Shown in pieces: positions 35,160-45,224 of a DNA stretch of 64,000 bases (positions within the stretch are counted from its first letter, which is position 1; each line of letters opens with the position of its first letter). The notes under the pieces were generated by a model. The model was given only the letters and a program-made list of their open reading frames with translations. It searched no databases and was not told where the DNA came from. The DNA comes from a virus: IMG/VR virus record IMGVR_UViG_3300032293_001706, positions 1 to 64,000 of that record. One strand, given 5' to 3'. A program made the position numbers and the translations under genes.

Positions 35160-36965
35160 ATGGGAGCATTATTAGAATCAGGTCTTGTTGGTAACATCGG
35201 TCTTAAACACCTAAAAGTTATCAAAGAAGATACAATTAACAAATGGGACAGACTTGGGTTCCTAGAAGGGTTGAAAGGACATGTTAAAGAAAACATCGCT
35301 CAACTTTATGAAAACCAAGCATCACACTTAATAAACGAAGCTGCTAGCACATCTTCAGACGGTTCTTTCGAAACGGTTGTATTCCCAATCGTAAGAAGAG
35401 TTTTCTCTAAGTTGTTGGCTAACGACATCGTTTCTGTACAAGCAATGAACTTACCTATCGGTAAATTGTTCTACTTCGTACCTAAAATTCAGGGTTATAC
35501 TACAGGTCAAGACCCAACTGCTGGTGGAAACCATTATGCACCTTTCGGAGCCCCTAATGGTCCTGCATCACCTGATACAGGTTACGCATCAACAGATAAA
35601 AACTTGTATGACAGATTCTATGAAGGTAATGAAGCGACTTTGGACCCTCCTGGATTGTTTGATTACTCAAAAGGTGCATTCAGTTCTGTTACCGCAAGTG
35701 TAACAACAGTTGCATGGTCTTCAGGTTCTTTAGTGGCGTCAGGTTATGGTGCTGGTGAGTACAGAAAAGTATTGTTGGCAATGTCAGGTTTCGCATCTGG
35801 CGGAGCTGGTAAACTTATCGGTCCTGACGGTCAAGTAATGGATAACGAATCTTTCTTGGGAGACTTAACTGTTAAGGCGGTAACAACTGCAGGTGGAGCT
35901 TTCTCAGGATTAGGTGGAAATGCGTTGTTATTTAGAGTTGTTACTCAGAAATACGGTAAAGGTATCGTTCAATACGGAACATCATCTACATTAGCGTTCC
36001 CAACTGGAGGTGGAAACGGCGGTGAGTATGATAACCTTTGTGACGCAAATGGTATTATCTATTTGGAAGTTGATGCACAAGTTCCATGTTCTATAGGAGC
36101 TGGTTCATTGGATGGTTATTCTGGATTAACTACTACTATTGCAGGTGATTCCGGTATTAATACTGAATTTGTATGTACATACAGAGCGTATAAAGAAATG
36201 GAATTCGAAGACCAAATTGGCGAAGTTTCTTTCGACTTGGAATCAGTAACTGTTTCTGTAACTGAAAGAAAACTAAGAGCACAATGGTCTCCTGAATTGG
36301 CTCAGGACGTTGCAGCGTTCCATAACATTGACGCAGAAGCTGAATTGACAGCGTTGTTATCAGAACAGGTAGCAGCTGAAATCGACAGAGAAATCTTGAG
36401 AGACTTGAGAAAAGCGGCAGCTTGGACATTGAGATGGGATTACAACGGTTGGAAAAGAGGCACTGCATCAAATCCATTAACACAATACACTCAGAAAGAT
36501 TGGAACCAAACATTGATTACCGCAATCAACCAAATTTCTGCTCAAATCCACAAATCAACACTTCGTGGTGGTGCTAACTGGATTGTTGTATCTTCTGAAA
36601 TCAGTGCAATCTTTGATGACTTGGAATACTTCCACGTATCAAACGCATCTCCTGAACAGGACCAATACAACATGGGTATCGAAAGAGTTGGTACATTGGC
36701 AGGTAGATATCAAGTGTATAGAGACCCTTACTTCCCACCAAACACAGTATTGATGGGTCACAAAGGTAGTTCTCTATTGGACACTGGATATGTATACGCT
36801 CCATATGTTCCTCTACAGTTGACTCCAACAATGTATAACCCATTCAATTTCACACCTATCAAGGGTATAATGACAAGATACGCTAAGAAGGTAGTAAACA
36901 ACCGTTTCTACGGTAAAATTACAGTTGATGGTGTTAGAACATTTGATTTGAGAGAATTGAGATAA
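35160..36965 (+). CDS. Major capsid protein (T4 gp23-like)
   Basis: PIVRRVF...DIVSVQAMNLPIGKLFY, RKLRAQWSPELAQD...HNIDAEAEL, YAPYVPL, GIMTRY. Confidence 0.95.
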   Translation: MGALLESGLVGNIGLKHLKVIKEDTINKWDRLGFLEGLKGHVKENIAQLYENQASHLINEAASTSSDGSFETVVFPIVRRVFSKLLANDIVSVQAMNLPIGKLFYFVPKIQGYTTGQDPTAGGNHYAPFGAPNGPASPDTGYASTDKNLYDRFYEGNEATLDPPGLFDYSKGAFSSVTASVTTVAWSSGSLVASGYGAGEYRKVLLAMSGFASGGAGKLIGPDGQVMDNESFLGDLTVKAVTTAGGAFSGLGGNALLFRVVTQKYGKGIVQYGTSSTLAFPTGGGNGGEYDNLCDANGIIYLEVDAQVPCSIGAGSLDGYSGLTTTIAGDSGINTEFVCTYRAYKEMEFEDQIGEVSFDLESVTVSVTERKLRAQWSPELAQDVAAFHNIDAEAELTALLSEQVAAEIDREILRDLRKAAAWTLRWDYNGWKRGTASNPLTQYTQKDWNQTLITAINQISAQIHKSTLRGGANWIVVSSEISAIFDDLEYFHVSNASPEQDQYNMGIERVGTLAGRYQVYRDPYFPPNTVLMGHKGSSLLDTGYVYAPYVPLQLTPTMYNPFNFTPIKGIMTRYAKKVVNNRFYGKITVDGVRTFDLRELR

Positions 36966-36983
36966 TCTAACTCAACCTAATAT

Positions 36984-37013
36984 AAAAAGGGACGATTTAT
37001 TCGTCCCTTTTTT
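36984..37013. terminator. Bidirectional intrinsic terminator after the capsid gene
   Basis: AAAAAGGGACGA-TTTAT-TCGTCCCTTTTTT. Confidence 0.88.
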
Positions 37014-38628
37014 ATTTTAAAACCATTTCATATTTTAAATTCCCTGTATCCCATATTTTATCATAACCCAATTCAATCATGATTTGATTTTCGGTTTTAT
37101 TTGAATCGTGTCCCATTTTAACTAAAACATCTTTTCTAAAATTAAATCGATAATATCTATGTATATAGTTTTTTGTGTAATAATAATTTGGTTTTGTTAT
37201 ACCAATAAAATTAAAACCCACTTTACCATAAAAACAATACTCATCAGACGGGGACCAATTTCTGTCGGCATATGTAATAATTCTATTGGGTTTATGTTCT
37301 TTAATAAAATGGTTCAATAATTTGGTGAACCCTCCAATAACATTTAAACTACAATATCTGTATATTTCATAATCCTTTAGTTTTTCATTTTTATTACCTA
37401 ATGGTCTTCTCAAATTACCAAAAGTTAACAATGATACTATTTTATCATTGTACTTTAACGCATAAAAAATAGAAGACTTGTCATTCCCTTGTAGATGATT
37501 ATCGTCTAAAAATTTTTTCTTTTCAATTTTACTTATTTGTTCAATTGTACATTTCCTTGCGTATATTTTTTCATTTTTTATATTAGTTAAGTTTTTGAGT
37601 CGCTCTTTTATTATTTCTTTTTTGGATTCCCATTCATCGGAAAATATGTGAATAAGTCTAATTTTGTTATCTAAACATTTTATTGTTTTATCTATATGAT
37701 ATTTCTTAGTTTTTCCTTGTTTTTCAGAATGCCAATAAAGACCATTAAATTCTATTCCTATATTAAAATCAGGTAAAAAAATGTCTAATTCAGTACCATT
37801 TAAAATTTTTTTAGTATTTGTTTCATATTTAATACCCAACGTATCTAAAAAAGAACATATTTCAATTTCAGATTTACTTCTATACGTTATATTGTTATTC
37901 GAATTAATTAAATTTTGATTAAAGATATTGTTTAATTTTGTGGAAATTATATTATCTCCGTACAAAAGTTTGTATTTATCAACTGTTATATCGTGTAATT
38001 TTAAATAAGTATTCGATAAAATTTTTAATTTTTCATCACATATATTACAAATTATATAGTTTTCTTTATCATTAAATAATTCATTACGTTCCTCAAATTG
38101 TTTAAAAGTGTTAAAGTAATTAATATATTGTGGGTACTGTTCAATAAAATCGGATACTGATACATGTTCCTTTTCAATATGTTTTGTAAACGACCCACTC
38201 TTATTTTTTAAATCAGTTGTTTCCCAATTACATATCGGACAAATTAATTGAGGTAATTCAATAACTTCTATTTTATTAAAGAATTCATTATGAAAATGAA
38301 CTCCATGTTCTTTAAAAAACATTCTACGTTTAAAAGAGGACGGGATGTCAACGTCAGGATAACATTCTTTAATGTGGGTAGTTATTGAACCACTTTTATT
38401 TTCATAATCGTTGAACTTTTTAGAACACTTTTTACATTCTAAAATGTGTGGTGTTATTATAATATTTTTATTGTTCGTGTATTTTACTTTACCACCGACT
38501 TTTTTGATAGGTATATTATTATTTTTTAGTATGGTTTTTAATTTTAATTTACCTATTTTATATTCTTTACATATCTTATCAAGAGATGAATCTGCTTCTA
38601 AATATTTTTTAATTATTTCATGTTCCAT
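37012..38628 (-). mobile_element. Putative free-standing homing endonuclease (Zn fingers plus Vsr/EDxHD-like nuclease core)
   Basis: CKKC...HIKECY, CPIC...HIEKEH, CNIC; ELDIFLPDFNIGIEFNGLYWHS; IYDTG-like tail KIWDTGNLKY. Confidence 0.6.
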
Positions 38629-38669
38629 TATTATAAGTATACGTAATAACGGAATAAAGTCAAACAGTT

Positions 38670-38888
38670 TTAATTTTCGTTTACATCATTTTGTGGTAGG
38701 TATAGTTTCCTAATTGATTTTGAAATAATTTCAGATTCATTTAATGTAAACACACCTTGTGTATAAGCGTATTTTATACCTTCTTTAAGAAAGAAAATTG
38801 CCTGTTCATGAGTTATAGATGAAATAAGTTTTTCAAACTCTTCATCATTATTAAATTTTAACGTACCAAAAATATTGTAATTATTCAT
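38670..38888 (-). CDS. Small hypothetical protein
   Basis: 72-aa ORF filling the gap between two longer genes. Confidence 0.6.
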   Translation of the reverse strand: MNNYNIFGTLKFNNDEEFEKLISSITHEQAIFFLKEGIKYAYTQGVFTLNESEIISKSIRKLYLPQNDVNEN

Positions 38889-38925
38889 TTGTGTAGATAT
38901 TTATATGGTATAAAATAAATAATTA

Positions 38926-40053
38926 ATGTCAAAAGATAAAGATTCTTTTCTTAAAATCATTAAGGAAACAACAAATACTGGTGGTTCAGGTTCATATAGA
39001 CCACCAATTAGTCCAGGTTTAAAATTATGGGATAAATCATCATTAGGACCATTTACAGACCCTGTATCTAACTATGTTAGTTCAGAGCTTCAATATGATA
39101 GTTATGACGGTATAATAGATAGTAAAGACATTAAAACAAAGGAACATAAAGCAAGAAAAATTTCACAAGAATTGAAAAGAAAACAACAAAATCAAGACGA
39201 TGATGGTTTAGGAGCTGGAAGACTTAGCGGAACAGGAATCGGTGGAGATATATCTGAACAATTAGAAAAAATTCAAAAGATATTAGCCGAAGATTTAGCC
39301 GTATGGTTTGGGACCAAGAAAAAACCTAAAGGTAGTAAACAACCAAAAGGTCCTTGGGTTAATATTTGTAGAAAAGATAAAAATGGTAAACACCCTCCTT
39401 GTGGGAGGTCCGATACATCAAAAGACGCATATCCAAAATGTAGAGCAGCCGGTGTTGCAGGAAAAATGACAGATTCCCAAAAGAAATCTGCCTGTGCTCA
39501 AAAAAGAAGAGCCGAGAAAAAGGACACACAAACAGGTAAGGGTCAAAAACCTGTATATACATCATATAAACCAAAAAAAGAAAGTATAATACCTAAAGAA
39601 GTATTATTAGAAAAGTTTAAAGTAGAACCTCACGAATATGAAAAATTATATGAAGATGATAATTTTTTATTGGTAATTCCATTAACTTTTGAAGCGTCTT
39701 GTAAGTATGGCGCAGGAACTAAATGGTGTACAACATCAAAAGATAAAGACGATATGTTTGAGAAACATTTTAAAATGGGTTCACTAGGTTATCTTATAGT
39801 TAAAAATAAAAACTTACAAGATAAATTGCAATCAACAAAATATGGTTTATTTGCTAATAGACCTAATAAGAACTTTTTGGGTGGGAATTATCCTGCTCCA
39901 CAAGGTATAATTGTTTATGACGATAAAAATAATATTATCGATAACAATAAGATAATTAATCTATTTGACCGTGTAGATTTGTATGATACTTTAAGAAAGA
40001 TTATTCGTCAATTTACTTTATATAGTGAAGACAAGTTTAAAAAAATTAACTAA
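38926..40053 (+). CDS. Multidomain hypothetical protein: Cys-containing basic motif plus SCxYGxGTKWC domain
   Basis: LAVWF...PWVNIC...HPPCGRS...YPKCR; PLTFEASCKYGAGTKWCTTS. Confidence 0.75.
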   Translation: MSKDKDSFLKIIKETTNTGGSGSYRPPISPGLKLWDKSSLGPFTDPVSNYVSSELQYDSYDGIIDSKDIKTKEHKARKISQELKRKQQNQDDDGLGAGRLSGTGIGGDISEQLEKIQKILAEDLAVWFGTKKKPKGSKQPKGPWVNICRKDKNGKHPPCGRSDTSKDAYPKCRAAGVAGKMTDSQKKSACAQKRRAEKKDTQTGKGQKPVYTSYKPKKESIIPKEVLLEKFKVEPHEYEKLYEDDNFLLVIPLTFEASCKYGAGTKWCTTSKDKDDMFEKHFKMGSLGYLIVKNKNLQDKLQSTKYGLFANRPNKNFLGGNYPAPQGIIVYDDKNNIIDNNKIINLFDRVDLYDTLRKIIRQFTLYSEDKFKKIN

Positions 40054-41976
40054 TTAACAATATGGTGGTGAACACCTTTTTTTACCATCCAATCCTTTAA
40101 TTTTACCTTTACATACTTGTACGGCGAAACCATTTGCATATGCAGAGGGGTAAACGTCAAATTTTGCTTTTGCTGCCGACTTTCCTCTTGAACATAATTT
40201 TGTTCCTGTTTTCTTTTTTCCTTCACTTATTTGAGGTAAAACTTTATCCAATACAGTTTCAGGGTCTTTATATGTATTTAATTTCTTTTTCATTTCACCA
40301 ATATCTTTGATTGCCGCCAAATAAGGAACCATAGAATCTTTAACTTTATCACTGAAAGGTAAAACTTTACTAAGTTCGTCCAATACAGATTCTAAAGATA
40401 ATGATGTTAAAATTGGCATCCCAAAAACATTAAAAATTTTAAACCCTGGAATTGCCATTTCACCAGCCGATTGTAACATATCAATAAAATCAACCTTTAA
40501 TTCATCTTCAACTTTATCAAATTCTTCCAATAAATTTTCAATTTCTTCACCACTTTCAAATTTCTTCTTTAAATCATAATATTTTTCCATATCATCATTT
40601 AATTCAGAATAATTTAAAATTATTGATGCCGCACCGACAGGAACATTTAAACCAGGTATTGAACCTAAAGTTGCTCTTACTTTATCACCAACTATGTTTG
40701 AGAGAATACCTCTCCAATCAAAATCTTCATTTATATTTCTCATATCATCTTTATTTAATTTTATTTCTTTTTCTATTTGAATAGATTTATTGTCGTACCA
40801 ATTACTAAAAAATTCAGAAACGTTGTTGATTTCATCACTTCTGTTAACAGCCATTTGGATTGCGAATGGGGAACTAAATGTATCTCTTCGGGCTTTCTTA
40901 ATAGGTCTTTTAATAATACTTTCTACCCATTTTTTTATATAAGGAACATACTTAGGACTTTCCATTAAAAAATATTTAAAAAGAGTATCAAAAAAAGTAA
41001 TATTATAATCTAATACACCTGATTTTTGTAATATAAAAATCCATTCATTTTTTTCAGGGATTATCATCCATATTATTTCCGATGACTTATCATAATATAT
41101 TTTTCCTTCAGATGTATAAAATTTAATAAATTCAAGTATTAAATCTCCACTAATTTTTGGTAATTTATCTTCATTTATATTTCCCATATCATCTTTATTT
41201 AATTTTATTTCTTTACCTAATTTAAGGATATTATTAACATTCACAATTTCGGGAAGAGTTGGCCAAACAATATCTTTAACCTCCTTTTGAAGGGTTTTTT
41301 CAACCCACTTTTTTACATACGGAACAAAATCAGGGTATTCCATCGAAACGTATCTGAAAATACTCTTAAAAACTCTTAAAGAACACCATAGATTACCTGA
41401 ATCATATAACGCAAATACCCATTGATTTTTTTCAGGGTTTATCATATATATTGTGTCGTTGCTATAGTTAGAATATAGTTTTGTATCAGATGTAAAATCA
41501 TCTAATAATTCGAATATAATTTCTTCATCGACTAATCGTGATTCTTCACTTTCATTAATATTTTCTTCTGAATTTAATTCGGTTCCTGATTGAAGGATTC
41601 TTTCAACCGATAAATTGTTATCTTTAAGATTTTCATAAGTGTATTTAATCCCTTTTTGAAGGGTTCTTTCAACCGCATGGATGCCGCGTATTCCGAGAGG
41701 TTCGGCGTAGTTAACCTCCTTTTGAAGGATTCTTTCAACCCACTTTTTGATATACGGGTTAAAATCAGGGTATTCCATCGATACGTATTTAAAAATTTTA
41801 ACGAAAACTGAATAATAATACAATAAACGACCTGTTTTTGTTAATTCAAATATCCATTTTTTTGTTTTTGGGTTTATCATCCATATGGATTCCGTTTCAT
41901 CATCATAATATAACTTTCCATCAGATGTAAAATCATCTAATAATTCAAATATTAAATCTTCATTGATTTTTTCCAT
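40054..41976 (-). CDS. Fusion of three copies of the array-bearing module to unrelated C-terminal domains
   Basis: FELLDDFTSDGKLYY...KWVERILQK module and two diverged copies; C-terminus LCSRGKSAAKAKFDVYPSAYANG...C. Confidence 0.78.
   Translation of the reverse strand: MEKINEDLIFELLDDFTSDGKLYYDDETESIWMINPKTKKWIFELTKTGRLLYYYSVFVKIFKYVSMEYPDFNPYIKKWVERILQKEVNYAEPLGIRGIHAVERTLQKGIKYTYENLKDNNLSVERILQSGTELNSEENINESEESRLVDEEIIFELLDDFTSDTKLYSNYSNDTIYMINPEKNQWVFALYDSGNLWCSLRVFKSIFRYVSMEYPDFVPYVKKWVEKTLQKEVKDIVWPTLPEIVNVNNILKLGKEIKLNKDDMGNINEDKLPKISGDLILEFIKFYTSEGKIYYDKSSEIIWMIIPEKNEWIFILQKSGVLDYNITFFDTLFKYFLMESPKYVPYIKKWVESIIKRPIKKARRDTFSSPFAIQMAVNRSDEINNVSEFFSNWYDNKSIQIEKEIKLNKDDMRNINEDFDWRGILSNIVGDKVRATLGSIPGLNVPVGAASIILNYSELNDDMEKYYDLKKKFESGEEIENLLEEFDKVEDELKVDFIDMLQSAGEMAIPGFKIFNVFGMPILTSLSLESVLDELSKVLPFSDKVKDSMVPYLAAIKDIGEMKKKLNTYKDPETVLDKVLPQISEGKKKTGTKLCSRGKSAAKAKFDVYPSAYANGFAVQVCKGKIKGLDGKKRCSPPYC
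41239..41304. repeat. Degenerate single repeat-spacer unit of the same family
   Basis: 36-bp repeat at 41269-41304, 30-bp segment at 41239-41268, then a decayed partial repeat. Confidence 0.45.
41590..41739. CRISPR. CRISPR-like array D (2 full repeats, 2 spacers, partial repeat), inverted relative to arrays A-C
   Basis: Repeats AGTGTATTTAATCCCTTTTTGAAGGGTTCTTTCAAC (41638-41673) and GGCGTAGTTAACCTCCTTTTGAAGGATTCTTTCAAC (41704-41739); 30-bp spacers. Confidence 0.5.
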
Positions 41977-41984
41977 AATGAACT

Positions 41985-43484
41985 TTACTTATTATCGACA
42001 ATTTGAAATTTTAGTTGTCTTTTATAAGTATCAACCTCATCAGAAGTTAATACTTTAATATCAACAAAATATTCATTAGGTACTTTATCTTTTGTATCAA
42101 ACACAAAATAATATTCATTGGGTGTTTGATTGATTCTTGTCCAATCCTGAACTATAACTTCAGTAGGTCCTTCTGTTACATAAATTCTATAATAACACTT
42201 AAACTGAGGTAGTATTACATTTGATGAATATGCTTGTTTTACGGTAACAACAACTTTTCTAATATCAGTGTTTAATATTTTTTCATCTTGTCTAATTCCA
42301 CTAAAAGTAAACCCATATTCAACAGGGTCTTTAGCTAAAGTGCTTATTTGATAATATTCATTTGAAGGTCTTAGAATTAAATCATTTTCAATATTAGATA
42401 TTGTGACACCGTTTATTGTAATTCCCTTCCAAGTGTCTGTAAATTGACAAGGTGTTGAATATCCTGTTATTGGTGGTATTGTTACCTCATATACCCCTTG
42501 AGTTCTTAAAATGGTTGTTAATCCTGTAAACCCTGACATTAAATCTCCGTTTGAGTCAGAAATATCAACGGTAGGATTTGAATCAAAATTTGTTGGGACA
42601 CCTTGAATGTATGAGTACAAATAAAGCTTGTTTTCTTTATTTTCAAAAAACGCATTTCTATCGTCCAATATCAAATCATCATATGTTGTTTCAAGATATG
42701 GTTCATAAAATGTTTGTGTGTGTCTTGTAAAAAACCCAACGGAATAATTTTCGGTTAATCCTGAAAGATTTTCTAATGATGGAGAATAAGCGATTATCCA
42801 ACCAGTAATACCCGTTGTTGCACCTGTAAGATAATTATTTATCTCATCTGTCATATCAAATTCGATATTTTCATTACCATATTCAAAATGTTGCGTATCA
42901 ACTAAAGTGAGGGCTGAATAATTTATTTGTGTCCCTACACCTGAGTTATTATTAATATAAATTCCTGGTGTCGACCAACCACTCAATGTAGTTGCTCTAA
43001 ACCAATTCGAAGGTCTTGATGAATAACTTTGGTCAGAATCTCTATTTGGTTTATACGCTAAACTCGCATTACTTATACTAACATTATCCGTATCGTAATA
43101 ATCGTATCCAACACCTTCATCCCAATTTTGTGTTGCTCCCGTTAATCCACTTTTAGGTATTCTATATAAATTTAAATCAAAAGAGGTTGCTCTTCTTCTA
43201 CCTTCACTTGTTGTTGCATTCAATAAATCATAATTGAACATTATTGTATTGGTCATCTTTAACTTGTGACTTATTGGACTTCCTGTATATACAATACCAT
43301 TAGAAATCTTTTGTTGAAGTTGTGAAAGGTCAATATTGAAAATAAACCTCGAATACCCTGGAGGTGTTAATGTATTATCTACTCTACCGAAAAATAATTC
43401 AGTTACAGGATTTAATCCTGTGTTTCCCGAACTATTATAAATAATCGTGTTGTTTCTACTGAAATATGACTTATGAATTGACAT
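41985..43484 (-). CDS. Probable virion structural protein (baseplate region)
   Basis: 499-aa Thr/Gly/Tyr-rich beta-type sequence; late motif at 43489-43496; follows the gp5-like gene. Confidence 0.6.
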   Translation of the reverse strand: MSIHKSYFSRNNTIIYNSSGNTGLNPVTELFFGRVDNTLTPPGYSRFIFNIDLSQLQQKISNGIVYTGSPISHKLKMTNTIMFNYDLLNATTSEGRRRATSFDLNLYRIPKSGLTGATQNWDEGVGYDYYDTDNVSISNASLAYKPNRDSDQSYSSRPSNWFRATTLSGWSTPGIYINNNSGVGTQINYSALTLVDTQHFEYGNENIEFDMTDEINNYLTGATTGITGWIIAYSPSLENLSGLTENYSVGFFTRHTQTFYEPYLETTYDDLILDDRNAFFENKENKLYLYSYIQGVPTNFDSNPTVDISDSNGDLMSGFTGLTTILRTQGVYEVTIPPITGYSTPCQFTDTWKGITINGVTISNIENDLILRPSNEYYQISTLAKDPVEYGFTFSGIRQDEKILNTDIRKVVVTVKQAYSSNVILPQFKCYYRIYVTEGPTEVIVQDWTRINQTPNEYYFVFDTKDKVPNEYFVDIKVLTSDEVDTYKRQLKFQIVDNK

Positions 43485-43496
43485 TATATATAAATA

Positions 43497-45026
43497 TCAA
43501 TTAATCCTTAACTTTTCATTCAAAATGTTTTGATATCCATTAAAAATTTCAGTCAATATTTGTTGTGAAGTTGTTTGGTCTTTTGCAACAGGGTTTGGAG
43601 GCATATTATGATATGGGTGAACGTGGTTTAATAAGTATTTAACAATCAATTCTAATAGATTTAAAAGTTTTTCACCTCTTACCATTGAGTTGGTATTTGG
43701 ATATATATTATCCCAAATAAAGTCCTGTGGTAGAATATTGTCATTATATTCTTTAACGTCTTGGAAATTTATTGATAAAAGCCCGGGTATTTCAGATTCG
43801 TGTGATAATAAGAATATAAAATCCGAAGCGGTCATACCTATCGCTGTTGAGGTATTATTTATGTTAGGTCTTAATGTTGTTATTTCACGAGCCTCTTTTA
43901 ACGGACCTAAAGTATTTTTTTCTGAAACGAGCCCATAACCTCTGGTTGTATCAGTTTCATTTAAAAAAACATTTCGTATAAACTTATTTGCATTTAAGTT
44001 TTCAACCCCTATTGAATTAATTGATTTATCATAGAGTTGTTTACTAGGCTGAAATACGAATGGGAATTGTTTTAATGTACTACTTACAATATTATCTTTC
44101 AATCCTATTTTACCGTTGTTAAGATTAATGATGAGTTCTTTAATCCCGTCCGTAATTGTTTTAAAACTTTCGTTTAAATAGTCTTTTCTAAAAATAGGGC
44201 CTATTTTTGAATCATCTGAAACTTCAAAATATTTAGATTCTGTAAATGCTGAGGTATTAATCGAATTAAATGGTGATATACTATAAAGTTCTATATACCC
44301 TGAAAAATTACCATCTTCAGTTCCTAAGCCACCATATACATTATATTCTATTAAATAATTTAAATTTTGATAAACACTTATAGTAGCGGTACTGGTTTCA
44401 ACAGTAGAATCAGTTTTCCTATTTTCATAATGTTGAAGCATGGTAAAACTATTTCTTTTATTAAATGTTACCCCTTCATTAGTTCTAAATTCTTTATTTA
44501 CACGTGCAATGAATCCATTTTTTGGTAACATTACATCAGAATTATTTCTACCTAATAAAGATACTGTTGAAGGCACTGGATATAGTCCTTGATTGTTTGG
44601 TTTTGTTGGTATTGATGTTTGAGGGATAATTTTACCTTGAGTAGGTTTATTTCTTTCACCTAATGCTAATCCATTAACCATTGAGTTAAATGTATCGTTG
44701 TCTAAATTATCGATGCTTGAGAAATTTCCTTGAATGTAAAATCTGTTATTTTCAGGATATTTTTTATCGTAGAAAATAATGTGAACAAATTCTTTTTCTT
44801 TGGGAACTTGATATAAAAATATTGGAAGTAGAGGATAAACAAGAAATGGGTCTTTTAATGTCCATTTATCATTTATATTGTCTAATTCTCCTACAGGTAA
44901 AGCTCTGTTATATGATTGAACTTGCCAATCTTTTGGAACACATCTAATTCTACCTAAATTTAAGGGGTCATTTACATCAATAACTTCACCATAATAAATC
45001 GTTCTATTAACATCAAGACCATTCAT
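43497..45026 (-). CDS. Baseplate hub/spike protein (gp5/VgrG-like OB-fold N-terminus)
   Basis: IYYGEVIDVNDPLNLGRIRC...PLLP; C-terminal NHVHPY HxH motif. Confidence 0.6.
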   Translation of the reverse strand: MNGLDVNRTIYYGEVIDVNDPLNLGRIRCVPKDWQVQSYNRALPVGELDNINDKWTLKDPFLVYPLLPIFLYQVPKEKEFVHIIFYDKKYPENNRFYIQGNFSSIDNLDNDTFNSMVNGLALGERNKPTQGKIIPQTSIPTKPNNQGLYPVPSTVSLLGRNNSDVMLPKNGFIARVNKEFRTNEGVTFNKRNSFTMLQHYENRKTDSTVETSTATISVYQNLNYLIEYNVYGGLGTEDGNFSGYIELYSISPFNSINTSAFTESKYFEVSDDSKIGPIFRKDYLNESFKTITDGIKELIINLNNGKIGLKDNIVSSTLKQFPFVFQPSKQLYDKSINSIGVENLNANKFIRNVFLNETDTTRGYGLVSEKNTLGPLKEAREITTLRPNINNTSTAIGMTASDFIFLLSHESEIPGLLSINFQDVKEYNDNILPQDFIWDNIYPNTNSMVRGEKLLNLLELIVKYLLNHVHPYHNMPPNPVAKDQTTSQQILTEIFNGYQNILNEKLRIN

Positions 45027-45223
45027 TTTTTAATTCTTTTCTTATATTCTTCCAAAAGTTTATTATAGTCAGATTCTATATTATCTAAATCGTAAGTTAA
45101 ATCAATTATTAATTTTTTTGTTTCATCATGTTTTTCAGATAAAAAATCCAAAGAAGATAAAATTTCATTATTGGATTTATTATTTCTATCTTTAACTATT
45201 TCTTCGATTATTTTCTTATTCAT
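45023..45223 (-). CDS. Small coiled-coil hypothetical protein
   Basis: 66-aa ORF coupled to its neighbours. Confidence 0.65.
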   Translation of the reverse strand: MNKKIIEEIVKDRNNKSNNEILSSLDFLSEKHDETKKLIIDLTYDLDNIESDYNKLLEEYKKRIKK

Positions 45224-45224
45224 A

